Source of the DNA: an uncultured virus (IMG/VR IMGVR_UViG_3300033550_000001)
Taxonomy: Duplodnaviria > Heunggongvirae > Uroviricota > Caudoviricetes
DNA: 64,000 bases
Reading direction: 5' to 3' (one strand)
Virus record (IMG/VR): IMGVR_UViG_3300033550_000001
Of the stretch, positions 47,952 through 57,180 are shown piece by piece; position 1 is the first letter of the stretch, and each line of letters starts with the position of its first letter. Below the pieces are notes generated by a model. The model was not told the origin of the DNA. It was given only the letters and a program-made list of their open reading frames with translations, and ran no database searches. The translations under genes were made by a program, and so were the position numbers.

Positions 47952-48167
47952 ATGTCCCAGGAAGCACGCGTGCGCGCGTCCATCGACGAGGCGGTGGCCC
48001 GCGCCACGGCGCCGCTGGAGGAGCGCCTGGCGGCCGTAGAGGCCCGTCTGCGGACCGTGGAGGACGGCGGCGGCCGGACGTCCGCCCCGGAGCCCAAACG
48101 GCCGTCTGCGGGTCGTACGGCGCGGGTGAAGGGGTCTGCGGGGGAACAGGCCGGGACCGGACAGTAG
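47952..48167 (+). CDS. Small coiled-coil protein
   Basis: ORF between the endolysin and the glycosyltransferase. Confidence 0.55.
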   Translation: MSQEARVRASIDEAVARATAPLEERLAAVEARLRTVEDGGGRTSAPEPKRPSAGRTARVKGSAGEQAGTGQ

Positions 48168-48200
48168 CCGGGCAGTGGACCAGGGAACGGAGACCGAGGA

Positions 48201-49289
48201 ATGCGAGTCGTCGTCTATCCGGCGGACACGGGCGGGTGCGGGCACTTCCGGCTCATCTGGCCGGCGGAGCTGCTGCGGGCGGCCGGCCACGACGTGGAGA
48301 TCCGCCCGCCCGCCGACCGTGGGCTGAAGCTGAAGATCGGCGCGGATGACCGGGTGGAAGACGTGCTGGACGTGGATGGCGTGGACGTCCTCGTCTTCCA
48401 GCGCCTCACCCACCAGTGGATGGCGGAGGCGGTGCCGCTGCTGCGCGCCAAGGGCATCGCCGTGGTGGTGGACGTGGACGACGACCTGGCAGCCGTCCAC
48501 CCGCGTAACCCGGCGTACGAGTCGATGCATCCCCGCTTCGCGGGGAGGGTCGACCCGCGCACGCGGCAGGTCCGGCGGCACTCGTGGCAGCACCTTGCCG
48601 CCGCGTGCCGTGATGCCACGCTGGTCACCGTGTCCACCCCGGCGCTGCTGGAGCGCTACGCCCGGCACGGCCGGGGGCATGTGATCCACAACCACCTGCC
48701 GGACAGCTACTACGGCGTGCCCCGCGTCGATCGCGACACCATCGGCTGGCCCGCCGCGCTCGCCTCCCACCCGGACGACCCGGCCGTCCTCGGCGGCGCC
48801 GTCGCGCGTCTCGTCTCCGAGGGCGGGGACTTCCGCGTCGTCGGCGACCCGACCGGGGTGGGCGTGGCGTTCGGCCTGTTCCACGACCCGCAGGGGCGCA
48901 CCGGTGTGGATGTGCACGGCTGGCCGGCCGCCGTGGCGGGGGACGTCGGGGTCGGCATCGCCCCGCTGGCGGACACCGCGTTCAACCGGGCCAAGTCGTG
49001 GCTCAAGCCGCTGGAGCTGTCGGCCCTCGGCATACCGTGGGTGGCCTCGCCCCGTGCGGAGTACGTGCGGCTGCACGCACGGGGCGCCGGGGTCCTCGCC
49101 GACACGCCGCGCCGGTGGTACCGGGAGCTGCGGCGGCTGACCGGCTCGGCGGCCCTGCGGGCGGAGCGGGCGGAGGCCGGCCGGGAGGTGGCCGAGGGCC
49201 TGCGGCTGTCGGCGAACGCGTGGCGGTGGGCCGAGGCGTGGGCGCGGGCGCGTGACGTGCAGGATGCGCGCGGCGTGCACGCGGCGTAA
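48201..49289 (+). CDS. Glycosyltransferase (GT-B-like)
   Basis: GCGHFRLIWP, VDVDDD, TVST, GIAPL.D..FN.AKS.LKPLE. Confidence 0.85.
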   Translation: MRVVVYPADTGGCGHFRLIWPAELLRAAGHDVEIRPPADRGLKLKIGADDRVEDVLDVDGVDVLVFQRLTHQWMAEAVPLLRAKGIAVVVDVDDDLAAVHPRNPAYESMHPRFAGRVDPRTRQVRRHSWQHLAAACRDATLVTVSTPALLERYARHGRGHVIHNHLPDSYYGVPRVDRDTIGWPAALASHPDDPAVLGGAVARLVSEGGDFRVVGDPTGVGVAFGLFHDPQGRTGVDVHGWPAAVAGDVGVGIAPLADTAFNRAKSWLKPLELSALGIPWVASPRAEYVRLHARGAGVLADTPRRWYRELRRLTGSAALRAERAEAGREVAEGLRLSANAWRWAEAWARARDVQDARGVHAA

Positions 49290-49327
49290 GGAAATCTTGT
49301 CCCGGGGGCAAATTTACTTCAACTAGG

Positions 49328-49360
49328 CCGGGCGCCCCCTCACTGAGCGGGACGCCCGGC
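49328..49360. terminator. Hairpin where the two genome arms converge
   Basis: CCGGGCG..CGCCCGG inverted repeat. Confidence 0.55.
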
Positions 49361-49411
49361 CACTACGTTGTCCCTACTGAAGGCCCTCCCCGATGTCAGC
49401 GGGGAGGGCCT

Positions 49412-49816
49412 TCAGGCCACCGGCCGGACCGTGGTCCGGGTGCGGGGCTGGGCGGCGGCCTCGGTCAGCCAGGAGACGCCGCAGGCCAGGCAGAGGGCGT
49501 CCATGCTCTCCTCCATGTCGACCACCCTCCGGGACTCGCACGACGGGCACTTGGCCCGGTTCTTCTTCGCCTTCAGGCGCCTGCGCTCCGCCGTGTCCGT
49601 ACCACCCCAGTACCCACGCTGACCATACGTCAAGGCGTAGCGCAGGCAAGTCGCCCGGACGGGACAGGGGTTGCAGTAGGTCTGCGCGGCCTCCAGACCG
49701 GCCTCGTCTTCCTTGTCGGGGACGAACGTCTCCAGCGGCGCCCCGTTGCACAGGGCGTCGTCCTGCCAGCGCACCTCCGACGCGGCGTACCCGCCGACAG
49801 TTACCGGTATCACCAT
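49412..49816 (-). CDS. WhiB-family transcription factor with C-terminal Zn ribbon
   Basis: WQDDALC..CNPCPVRATC..GYWGG..ERR; then CPSC and CLACG. Confidence 0.9.
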   Translation of the reverse strand: MVIPVTVGGYAASEVRWQDDALCNGAPLETFVPDKEDEAGLEAAQTYCNPCPVRATCLRYALTYGQRGYWGGTDTAERRRLKAKKNRAKCPSCESRRVVDMEESMDALCLACGVSWLTEAAAQPRTRTTVRPVA

Positions 49817-50116
49817 CTGACTCCTCGGACGCAGTGACACTTTCAGACTGAACTATTGCGGTGTGCACGCGGGTTTGGAACGGCACACACGTAGATAAAT
49901 GTGCCCCTCACACTAAGTGAGAGACGCGTCTCCGATTGTGAGTCATCGCAGCTCAGGGGCGGAGGACTTCACGAATCGTTCACCGGGAGCACGTACCGCG
50001 AGGTCAACTGACTTATTGTCAACAGGAGTTGGGGCGGACGCGCGACAGCCCCGCCCGGGTGTCAGGAACGGGGCTGTCAACAGATTGTCACCGACCGTCG
50101 AGTTCTGGCCAAAGGA

Positions 50117-51115
50117 TCAAACGGGGCGGTCGCCCCGCTCCCGCTCCTCGTGCGCGGCCATCTCCTCGGCGCCCCTGCGCCCGGTGATCCCGTCGTCGTA
50201 GCGGGCAGTCCACGTCCAGTCGCTCAGCCGGCCGCCGTCCCCCTTGCGCACCACGTCCCGCCCGACGCCGATGTGGATGTGCGGGATGGTCAGCGACTTG
50301 GGGTTGACCCGCAGCACCTCGTACCAGGTCCCCCGGTACCGCACGAAGTCGCCGCGCGTGAAGTCGGCCCGGGACCAGACCTTGAACCCCTCGGCCTCGG
50401 CCCGCCGGACGACGACCCGCCAGTGGTCGAGCTGGTCGTCCAGCTCCGCGAGCTGACGGCGCAGCTCGCCGGCGTAGTCGGAGCCCGGGGTGCACCGGGA
50501 CAGCGACCGCTCCACCCGGCGCCGGTCCGCCTGAAGCTTCTCGATGCGCCGCAGGGTGCGCGCCGGGTCGTTGCGCCGCTCGCTGTACCCGGCGGCCGTC
50601 CCGGCCCGCTCGGCCAGCCGCTCCGCCCGCTGGCCCTCGCCGATGAACTTCCGCTCCCCGGCGTCCATGCGCGCGAGGTCCCGGCGGTGACGGCCCTCCG
50701 AGTGATGGCCCCGCAGAACCGGCTGGCCCGGAGGGATGTGCTCGGCTATCTCGCGCGCCCGGCGGTACCCCGCCTCGGACGCGGCCTGCGCCCGGCCGGC
50801 CGCGCCGGTGAGCCGTTCCGCCCGGTCCTCGGCGCGCTGCTCGCGGTCGGCCTCCGCCTCGGCGAACGGCCGCGCGGTGTCCTCGTCGGTGACGACGTCC
50901 ACGGTCCACCCGGCGGCCTCCAGGGCGTCCTTCGCGCCGTTGATGCGCCACATCTGCGCGGCCCGGTCCCGGGAGCGCTGGATGCCGAGGCAGCCCAGCG
51001 AGGGGAACCAGCGGAAGCCGTGCGGCCGGACGGCTTCCAGGACGCCGTCGCCCTTGCGGGAACCTTCCAGCAGCGTGCCGTCGGCGCGGGTGTGCGTGAT
51101 GGTGATGATGCCCAT
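50117..51115 (-). CDS. DUF3560-domain protein
   Basis: IPPGQPVLRGHHSEGRHRR motif. Confidence 0.8.
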   Translation of the reverse strand: MGIITITHTRADGTLLEGSRKGDGVLEAVRPHGFRWFPSLGCLGIQRSRDRAAQMWRINGAKDALEAAGWTVDVVTDEDTARPFAEAEADREQRAEDRAERLTGAAGRAQAASEAGYRRAREIAEHIPPGQPVLRGHHSEGRHRRDLARMDAGERKFIGEGQRAERLAERAGTAAGYSERRNDPARTLRRIEKLQADRRRVERSLSRCTPGSDYAGELRRQLAELDDQLDHWRVVVRRAEAEGFKVWSRADFTRGDFVRYRGTWYEVLRVNPKSLTIPHIHIGVGRDVVRKGDGGRLSDWTWTARYDDGITGRRGAEEMAAHEERERGDRPV

Positions 51116-51274
51116 GGCGGGCCCCCTGTTCCTTGGTCAGGTGATGCGGTGGTGCGAGCGCCCCGTCCAGTGGGGTGCGGACGGGGCGCTGTGACGCCGG
51201 GCCCGGTGGGGGAGGGGCCACGGCGTACCGGCTCGGAGTGTGCCGGCGGTGGTGCGTATCGCCGAACGGGCCGG

Positions 51275-51718
51275 TCAGGCCGTCGCGGTGCGCGGCGTCC
51301 AGTCCTCGGCGTCCGTCCGGCGCAGCCAGGCCGCCGCCGACTGGCGGCCCTCGGGCGGGAGCAGCACGGACGTCCCGTACTCCTTGCCGCGCGGGCCGAT
51401 GGCCACCCGGGCGTCGCCGTACGGCGTGAGGCATTCCAGCCGAGCCCAGGTGTACGTGTTCCAGACGGTGGCCGTCTCGTCGCCGTGGACGGCGAGGCTG
51501 GCCCCGTACAGCGTGCCTGGCCGGTCCCCGAGGGCGGCCGGCTGCGCCTCGCCGGCGAACCACGCCGCGAGCGGGAGCAGCCAGTCGGCCGACAGCAGCA
51601 CGGTGGTGTACTGCCCGGCGAACAGCCCTTCCACGGTCATGGCCGGCTTGCCGTCCTCGGGAGGCGTGAACCTCAGCGCGGCGCCCAGGACCGTCCCCGG
51701 GATCGTGAGTGCGTCCAT
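51275..51718 (-). CDS. Hypothetical protein
   Basis: CCGACCAAGGAA leader before the ATG. Confidence 0.7.
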   Translation of the reverse strand: MDALTIPGTVLGAALRFTPPEDGKPAMTVEGLFAGQYTTVLLSADWLLPLAAWFAGEAQPAALGDRPGTLYGASLAVHGDETATVWNTYTWARLECLTPYGDARVAIGPRGKEYGTSVLLPPEGRQSAAAWLRRTDAEDWTPRTATA

Positions 51719-51850
51719 GAGTCCTGCTTTCCTTGGTCGGGGGTGCGGGGAGTGCTCCCGGCCGGTCACGATCCGGCACTTCCGGGTTGAGGGCCCGGCG
51801 GACATCCGTTATCCCACGGGAGCGGGTTGGGGCCTAACGGCCCCGGGCGG

Positions 51851-52135
51851 TCAGTCGGTGATCTCGACGCCGTCCCAGTAGGCGATGGTGCTGAACCCCA
51901 TCGAGTCGGTGCGCGTCTTGCGGGCCAGCTCCCGCGCGTCCTCGCCCCGGCCGTCCTCGGCGAGCAGCAGCGCGAGCGAGACCATGAACTCGGTCACCTC
52001 GCCGGTGCTGGGGAGGACGACGCCGGCGCAGGTCTCGCCGTAGCTGGCCGGGTACGACTCGCGGATGCTGTAGTCGTCCTCGCTCAGCTCGATGTTCTCG
52101 GCGGCGGTGACGATGTCCTGGCGGGAGAGCTGCAT
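51851..52135 (-). CDS. Hypothetical acidic protein
   Basis: GGAACCGACC-ATG leader downstream of P5. Confidence 0.8.
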   Translation of the reverse strand: MQLSRQDIVTAAENIELSEDDYSIRESYPASYGETCAGVVLPSTGEVTEFMVSLALLLAEDGRGEDARELARKTRTDSMGFSTIAYWDGVEITD

Positions 52136-52178
52136 GGTCGGTTCCTTCTTCCGTAGTCCTCGGCCGGCGTGTCCGGCT

Positions 52179-52220
52179 GATGAATTAATTAAACCATAAC
52201 GCCCCGGGGAAGACAACCCC
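52179..52220 (-). promoter_or_regulatory. Conserved promoter/palindrome P5
   Basis: TTGTCT-N17-TTTAAT; TATGGTTTAATTAATTCATC. Confidence 0.85.
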
Positions 52221-52240
52221 GGGGCGCCGGCTTCGTTCGG

Positions 52241-52447
52241 TCAGTGCTTGTCCGCCTCGGCGGCCGGGCGCCGCGCGGTCCACCCGATGATCAGGGTCGT
52301 GGCACCCAGCGCGATGAAGGCGCCGGACGCCAGGCCCGTGGTCACGGCGAGGACGGCGGCGCGGTCCTCGGCCGCGCCGGACGCCGCCAGGGCGCTCGTC
52401 GTTCCGACGGCCAACATGGCCGCGCCCAGCTTCGTCGACTTCAGCAT
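52241..52447 (-). CDS. Small membrane protein
   Basis: Two hydrophobic segments; GACCAAGGAA leader. Confidence 0.65.
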   Translation of the reverse strand: MLKSTKLGAAMLAVGTTSALAASGAAEDRAAVLAVTTGLASGAFIALGATTLIIGWTARRPAAEADKH

Positions 52448-52611
52448 CAGTTCCTCGATTCCTTGGTCAGTGCCTGGCCGATGACGCGGGCGGCCTCGCC
52501 GTACAGCGGCTCGTCCACCGGGAGCCGCAGCAGCCGGCCGGCCGCCTTCGCGGCCTCGCCGTACAGCGGTTGGTCGACGGGACGCATCAGCAGGGTGCGC
52601 GGGTCGGTCAT
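52447..52611 (-). CDS. 54-aa protein with an internal repeat (absent from the ORF track)
   Basis: MTDPRTLLMRPVDQPLYGEAAKAAGRLLRLPVDEPLYGEAARV..; follows P6; TGATG coupling. Confidence 0.7.
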   Translation of the reverse strand: MTDPRTLLMRPVDQPLYGEAAKAAGRLLRLPVDEPLYGEAARVIGQALTKESRN

Positions 52612-52653
52612 CGGGTCCTCGTTCCTTGGTCCGCCGGGCCGGCTGTCCGGCCC

Positions 52654-52696
52654 GATGAATTGATTAAATCATAAGGGCCCCGAGGTCGACAACCCC
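52654..52696 (-). promoter_or_regulatory. Conserved promoter/palindrome P6
   Basis: TTGTCG-N18-TTTAAT; TATGATTTAATCAATTCATC. Confidence 0.85.
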
Positions 52697-52715
52697 GGGG
52701 CCCTCGGCGGTTCGG

Positions 52716-53042
52716 TCAGCTCTGGCACCACTTGTGCGAGCAGTTCCACTCCGGGCGGCACTTGGGCGCGCGACGCTCACGGCCGTCCAGGCAGATGCCG
52801 CACGGGTCGGAGTTCGGATTGTCGAGTGACCGCTGCGACGGAAGCCCGAAGTTGTTGATCATGTCGGCGGGCGCGGCGATGCCGCAGTGCCGGTACAGGT
52901 CGCCCCGCCCGCGCCACGTCCACACCCGGCCGTGGCTGTCGGTGATGTCCGGGTGCTCGGCGCGCTCCAGCTCGGCCAGCGCCGCGCGGGCATCCTGCCA
53001 GTCGGCGATCAGCCGGCCCACGGCCTCGGTTACGTTGCTCAC
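52716..53042 (-). CDS. Hypothetical protein, Cys-rich C-terminus
   Basis: GAGGAG SD; GTG start. Confidence 0.7.
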   Translation of the reverse strand: MSNVTEAVGRLIADWQDARAALAELERAEHPDITDSHGRVWTWRGRGDLYRHCGIAAPADMINNFGLPSQRSLDNPNSDPCGICLDGRERRAPKCRPEWNCSHKWCQS

Positions 53043-53085
53043 GTCGTCTCCTCGGTTCTGGTTCGGTCAGTTGAGTACGGTGCGG

Positions 53086-54285
53086 TCAGCGCTTGAGCCG
53101 CACCGGCATGAGCATGTGCACGAAGCCCTCGCCGGTGACGGCCTCGCCGTCGGTGAGGACGAACGGCTTGAGCGAGGTCCGCGCGTGGACGACCACCGCC
53201 GGACCGTTGAACGTCCCGAGGGCGTCCAGCAGGTACGCCCCGTTCACCACCATCGGGGCGTCCAGGCTCCCGCCGGCCAGCGCCTCGCCGCCCACGGCGA
53301 CCCCGCGCACCCGGTCCTGCACCCCGTCGTCCAGGCCCGGCGAGACGGTCACGCCAGCCGGGGCGAACTCCAGCAGCACGTGCGGCGCCTTGAGACCCTT
53401 GGCCTTGGACAGGGCGTGAGCCTTGCGGACCGCCCGCGTCAGGGCCTCACGGTCCACCCGCACGGCCAGCGGCAACGCCCCCGACGGGAGCATGCCCCAC
53501 AGGTCCGGGAAGTCCCCCGCCGCGACCGGGCAACGCACCGTCACCGTCACCGCTCCGACGGTGAACGTCACCCAGTCGTCCATCACCCCGACGGTGACCG
53601 GGCCGGTGTGCCTGCCCAGCAGCCTGGACATCTTTTCCAGCAGCCACGCGGGCACCAGTGCGGCAGTCTCCGCCCGGCCTCCGTCTATCGCCTCCACCTC
53701 GCCCACGGTGACGCGGTAACGGTCGGTGGCGGTCAGGCGCAGCACTCCGCCGGCGATGCGCAGGTGCACGTACGTCAGCGCCGGCAGCATGTCGTCCCGG
53801 CCGGCGGCGGCGGGCAGCACACGGGCCACCCGCGCGAACCACTCCGCGCCGTTCACGGTCACCTGCCCCGGGGCGTCCGGCGGGAAGGCCGGGTATTCCT
53901 CCAGCGGCAGCGTGTTGAGCGGCACCGCCAGGTCCGGCGTGGACAGCGTCCCGTCGTCCACGGTGACTCGCGTGCGGGCGGCCACGGCCGTCTTCTCGCC
54001 GGCGACAGCGGCGGCCAGGACGTCCTTCGCGTCGTAGAAGTTGAACAGGCTGGCCCCGTCGCCTCCCGTCCCGCCGTCCACGCGGACGGACACGGAAGTC
54101 TCGTAGTCGAACGCGCGCAAGGTGAGCGCGCCGTCGGACGTCTCGGCCATCACCCCGCCCAGGATGGGGACGGGCGGCTTGGCGGCGACCCCGAGCGCCA
54201 CGGTCTTCAACGCGTCGGACAGTTCGCGGTGGGTGGTGGTGAAGCGGGCCGGGGCCGTCTCGGGTGCCTGCGCGTGCGTCGTCAT
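53086..54285 (-). CDS. dnaN: DNA polymerase III beta sliding clamp homolog
   Basis: PPVPILGG, AFDYE, EEYP, ATDRYR, GDFPD, YLLDAL, LMPVR. Confidence 0.9.
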   Translation of the reverse strand: MTTHAQAPETAPARFTTTHRELSDALKTVALGVAAKPPVPILGGVMAETSDGALTLRAFDYETSVSVRVDGGTGGDGASLFNFYDAKDVLAAAVAGEKTAVAARTRVTVDDGTLSTPDLAVPLNTLPLEEYPAFPPDAPGQVTVNGAEWFARVARVLPAAAGRDDMLPALTYVHLRIAGGVLRLTATDRYRVTVGEVEAIDGGRAETAALVPAWLLEKMSRLLGRHTGPVTVGVMDDWVTFTVGAVTVTVRCPVAAGDFPDLWGMLPSGALPLAVRVDREALTRAVRKAHALSKAKGLKAPHVLLEFAPAGVTVSPGLDDGVQDRVRGVAVGGEALAGGSLDAPMVVNGAYLLDALGTFNGPAVVVHARTSLKPFVLTDGEAVTGEGFVHMLMPVRLKR

Positions 54286-54318
54286 GTCTTCCTCGTTCCC
54301 TGGTCGGTTCCGGTTCGA

Positions 54319-54594
54319 TCAGTTGTGCGCGGCGGCGCGGTGCTGTTCGTCCACGCCGATGCGGGAGACGGCCAGCAGGGCCTCGCCCTCGGGGCAGTCC
54401 GCCCGGTCGTCGCGCCGGCAGTCGGCGCAGCCGACGACGTGGAAGCGGTAGTCGGAGAACGCGGCGTGGTACGGCATGGACTCCACCAGCCGCTGCTCGG
54501 GGACCTTCAACGCGGTCAGGTCCGTGTACCCCTCCAGCTCCGCCGCCTCGCTCATGGCGTCCGGCTCCCATTCGGCCCATGTCGTCTGCCGCAT
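54319..54594 (-). CDS. Hypothetical protein
   Basis: First gene after P7; HVVGCADC..C. Confidence 0.7.
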   Translation of the reverse strand: MRQTTWAEWEPDAMSEAAELEGYTDLTALKVPEQRLVESMPYHAAFSDYRFHVVGCADCRRDDRADCPEGEALLAVSRIGVDEQHRAAAHN

Positions 54595-54638
54595 GTCGGT
54601 TCCTCGTTCCGTGGTCTGCCGGTCCGGCCGTCCGTCCC

Positions 54639-54680
54639 GGTGACTTAATTAAATCATAGTCGCCCGTCCGGGACAACACC
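54639..54680 (-). promoter_or_regulatory. Conserved promoter/palindrome P7
   Basis: TTGTCC-N17-TTTAAT; TATGATTTAATTAAGTCA. Confidence 0.85.
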
Positions 54681-54758
54681 CGCGACCCTTCCGGCGGAGC
54701 CCGCCCGGCGCTCGCTACGCTCATCCCGGACCACCGACCGAGGAACCGGGAGACAGGC

Positions 54759-55424
54759 ATGACACGACTACCAGCCGAGGGCAGGCGCATCGGCGTCATC
54801 GGCAAGGGCGGCAGCGGCAAATCCACCACCTGTGGTCACCTGCTCGCGCACTGGGGCTCCACCGGCGTCCCCGCCGTCGGCATCGACGCCGACGACCCCG
54901 GCGAGCAGGAGGACGGCAGCCTGTACGCCTGGTCGGACAGCGCGGATCTCGGCGCCCCGGTCTACCGCGCGCCCGCCGCGTCCCGCATCGCCGACGAGGC
55001 CCGCCGGCTCACCCCACCCCACGGCCTGGCGCTCATCGACACCGGGGCGTGGGAGCGCCGGTCGGGGAACGCGCACTTCGCCGTGCTGGCCGCCAGTGAC
55101 CTGGTCGTCCTCGCCGTGCAGCCCACCCCGATAGAGCTGGAGCGCGCCGGCTCGGTGCTCAAGGCAGTCGAGCAACTGGAAGCCGTCGGCGTCGTGCCGC
55201 CCCGGCTGCTGCTGCTCATGACGATGGTCAACCGCTCCGCGTCCTCCGCCCGCGAGACGCGGGAAGACCTGACGGGCGCCGGCTTCACCGTGATGCGTAC
55301 CGAGGTGCCCCGCAGCGACGGCCGCGACGGCTACGCGCAGGCGTTCGGCCGCCCGCCCCGCATAGAGCAGGGCAGCCCCATGGCGCTGCTCGCCGGCGAG
55401 CTGCTGGACGAGGTGACCCGGTGA
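54759..55424 (+). CDS. parA: ParA-family partition ATPase
   Basis: Deviant Walker A GKGGSGKSTT, IDAD, LIDTG, QPTPIELER. Confidence 0.88.
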   Translation: MTRLPAEGRRIGVIGKGGSGKSTTCGHLLAHWGSTGVPAVGIDADDPGEQEDGSLYAWSDSADLGAPVYRAPAASRIADEARRLTPPHGLALIDTGAWERRSGNAHFAVLAASDLVVLAVQPTPIELERAGSVLKAVEQLEAVGVVPPRLLLLMTMVNRSASSARETREDLTGAGFTVMRTEVPRSDGRDGYAQAFGRPPRIEQGSPMALLAGELLDEVTR

Positions 55425-56236
55425 GCACCGCACGCCCCCGCGTCGACCGCGCCGCGCTGCTCACCGGAGCCCGGTCCCGCGTCGCCGCGCCGGCCGTCAA
55501 CCCGCTGCTGCCCGCGCAACCCGAGACGCCGGACCCGTTCGCACCCCGGCCGCTCGACCCGGCGGCCGTCACCGGCACCGACGAACAGCGTCTCGCCGCG
55601 TTCGAGGCGGCCATCTCCGAGGCGCAGGAGACGGCCGCCGGGTCGCTCAAGGCGGCCCGCGCACGGTTCGTCGTGGAGGCCGGGACGGCGCTGCGCGCGA
55701 TCCGGGACGACACCCTGTTCCGGCTGACGCACGAGACGTTCGAGGACTACATCAGGCAGCGGTGGGACATGGACCGCACCCGCGCCTACCAGCTCATCGA
55801 CGCCGCCCCGGTCATGCTGGTCATGTCGAAAATTTTCGACACGGCGCCGGTGGAGTCGCAGGCCCGCGCCCTCGCCCCGGTCCTCGCCGCCCACGGGGAG
55901 GTCGCCGTGCGCGAGGTGGTCGCCGCCGCACGGCAGTCCGGCGACAAGGTCACCGTCAAGGCGATCCGGGGAGCGGCCGACCGGCTCAACTACCTTCCGC
56001 CGCCCGCGCCCGCCCCGGCCGAGGGGCAGCCGGCGGAGCCGGTGACCGAGCACACCCCCGAGCAGGCCCGCGCACTCGTCCGGCTGGAACAGGGTCTGGC
56101 CGCGCTGCGCGGTGCCCACCGGGCGCTGCGCGGGCGGGTCATCGCCGACGCCCTGGAGGCCGATCCGGAACGGGGTCAGGTGCTGGCCGCGCAGGTCCGC
56201 GACCTCGCCGGGAAGATCGACCGCCTCACGCGGTGA
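55421..56236 (+). CDS. ParA partner, probable centromere-binding HTH protein
   Basis: GTGA-coupled to parA; TFEDYIRQRWDMDRTRAYQLI HTH-like segment. Confidence 0.6.
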   Translation: MSTARPRVDRAALLTGARSRVAAPAVNPLLPAQPETPDPFAPRPLDPAAVTGTDEQRLAAFEAAISEAQETAAGSLKAARARFVVEAGTALRAIRDDTLFRLTHETFEDYIRQRWDMDRTRAYQLIDAAPVMLVMSKIFDTAPVESQARALAPVLAAHGEVAVREVVAAARQSGDKVTVKAIRGAADRLNYLPPPAPAPAEGQPAEPVTEHTPEQARALVRLEQGLAALRGAHRALRGRVIADALEADPERGQVLAAQVRDLAGKIDRLTR

Positions 56237-56246
56237 GCGGACACGA

Positions 56247-56281
56247 CGAAGCCCCGGCGCCGTGAGGGCTCCGGGGCTTCG
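56247..56281. terminator. Hairpin between convergent genes
   Basis: CGAAGCCCCGG..CCGGGGCTTCG. Confidence 0.8.
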
Positions 56282-56293
56282 GGCTGTGCGGGG

Positions 56294-56473
56294 TCAGCAG
56301 GGCGTGCCACAGGCGGTGCAGGGACCACCCCACAGCGGGACCCAGCGGCGGGGCTGGTCGTCGCCGACCGGTAGCGGGAACCCTTCCGGGTCGAACCGTG
56401 AGCCCGCGTTGCAGATAGGTCGGGGCTCCACGTTCAACGGGTCCGTGTCGGACGCCTTCACGTACGTCGCCAT
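56294..56473 (-). CDS. 59-aa hypothetical protein
   Basis: ATG 2 nt after the upstream stop; CTAC near the C-terminus. Confidence 0.55.
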   Translation of the reverse strand: MATYVKASDTDPLNVEPRPICNAGSRFDPEGFPLPVGDDQPRRWVPLWGGPCTACGTPC

Positions 56474-56475
56474 GG

Positions 56476-57144
56476 CTACCCCTCGCCCGCGAGACGCTTC
56501 AGCGACTCCAGCGCCGCCTCGTCGGCGTCGGTGAATTCGTCACCGCGCGAGAACATCTGCTCCTGCGCGAGGCCCACGGCGTAGCGCAGGATCGCGCGCT
56601 CGTCGTCGGACAGGAGCGACGCGGCGTGGTCCCGGGCCAGCCCCGCCAGCCAGTCGGGCAGCCAGCCGATGTCCTCGGGCGCTGCGTCCGCCTCGCCGGC
56701 GATGGCTCGCAGTTGGGCCGTGGCCCATCGGGCGCCGTCACAGAAGTCGGCCGTGTCCTCGGCGGTCTGCGGCACGTCCTCCGCGTCGATCCGGTCGGCC
56801 GCGCCCCGCAGGACGTCGGGCAGCGTCTGCCGGGAAGGCATCTCCCCGTCCCAGCCGTCGTCCCGCGCGGGCTTGCCGTCGGCCAGCCACTTCACGTAGT
56901 CGGCCAGGATCGAGTCCTCAGCCCCGTCCTGGTCCCACCGGTCCGGGTCGGCCATCGTGGCCTGGATGCCGTCTCGCAGCCGCCGGTACGCCTGCGCGTC
57001 CAGCACGAGGCTGGAGGGGTTCAGGTCGCTGCCCAGGATCTCCCGGCGCGCTTCCTCGTGGTAGTCGTCCAGCTTCCGGGCCGCGTCTTCCGGGCTGATG
57101 CGGGCCCCGGTCAACCGGGCGTAGACCCACTCTCGTGCGCTCAT
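56476..57144 (-). CDS. Hypothetical protein
   Basis: CGACCAGGGAA..GAGGAA leader. Confidence 0.75.
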   Translation of the reverse strand: MSAREWVYARLTGARISPEDAARKLDDYHEEARREILGSDLNPSSLVLDAQAYRRLRDGIQATMADPDRWDQDGAEDSILADYVKWLADGKPARDDGWDGEMPSRQTLPDVLRGAADRIDAEDVPQTAEDTADFCDGARWATAQLRAIAGEADAAPEDIGWLPDWLAGLARDHAASLLSDDERAILRYAVGLAQEQMFSRGDEFTDADEAALESLKRLAGEG

Positions 57145-57180
57145 GCTTCCTCACTTCCCTGGTCGTCGGTGGTCTGTCGG

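Noticed and set aside
50000..50030. Possible dif site
   Set aside because: Only a partial TTATTGTCAA resemblance to the XerD arm, with no convincing XerC arm.
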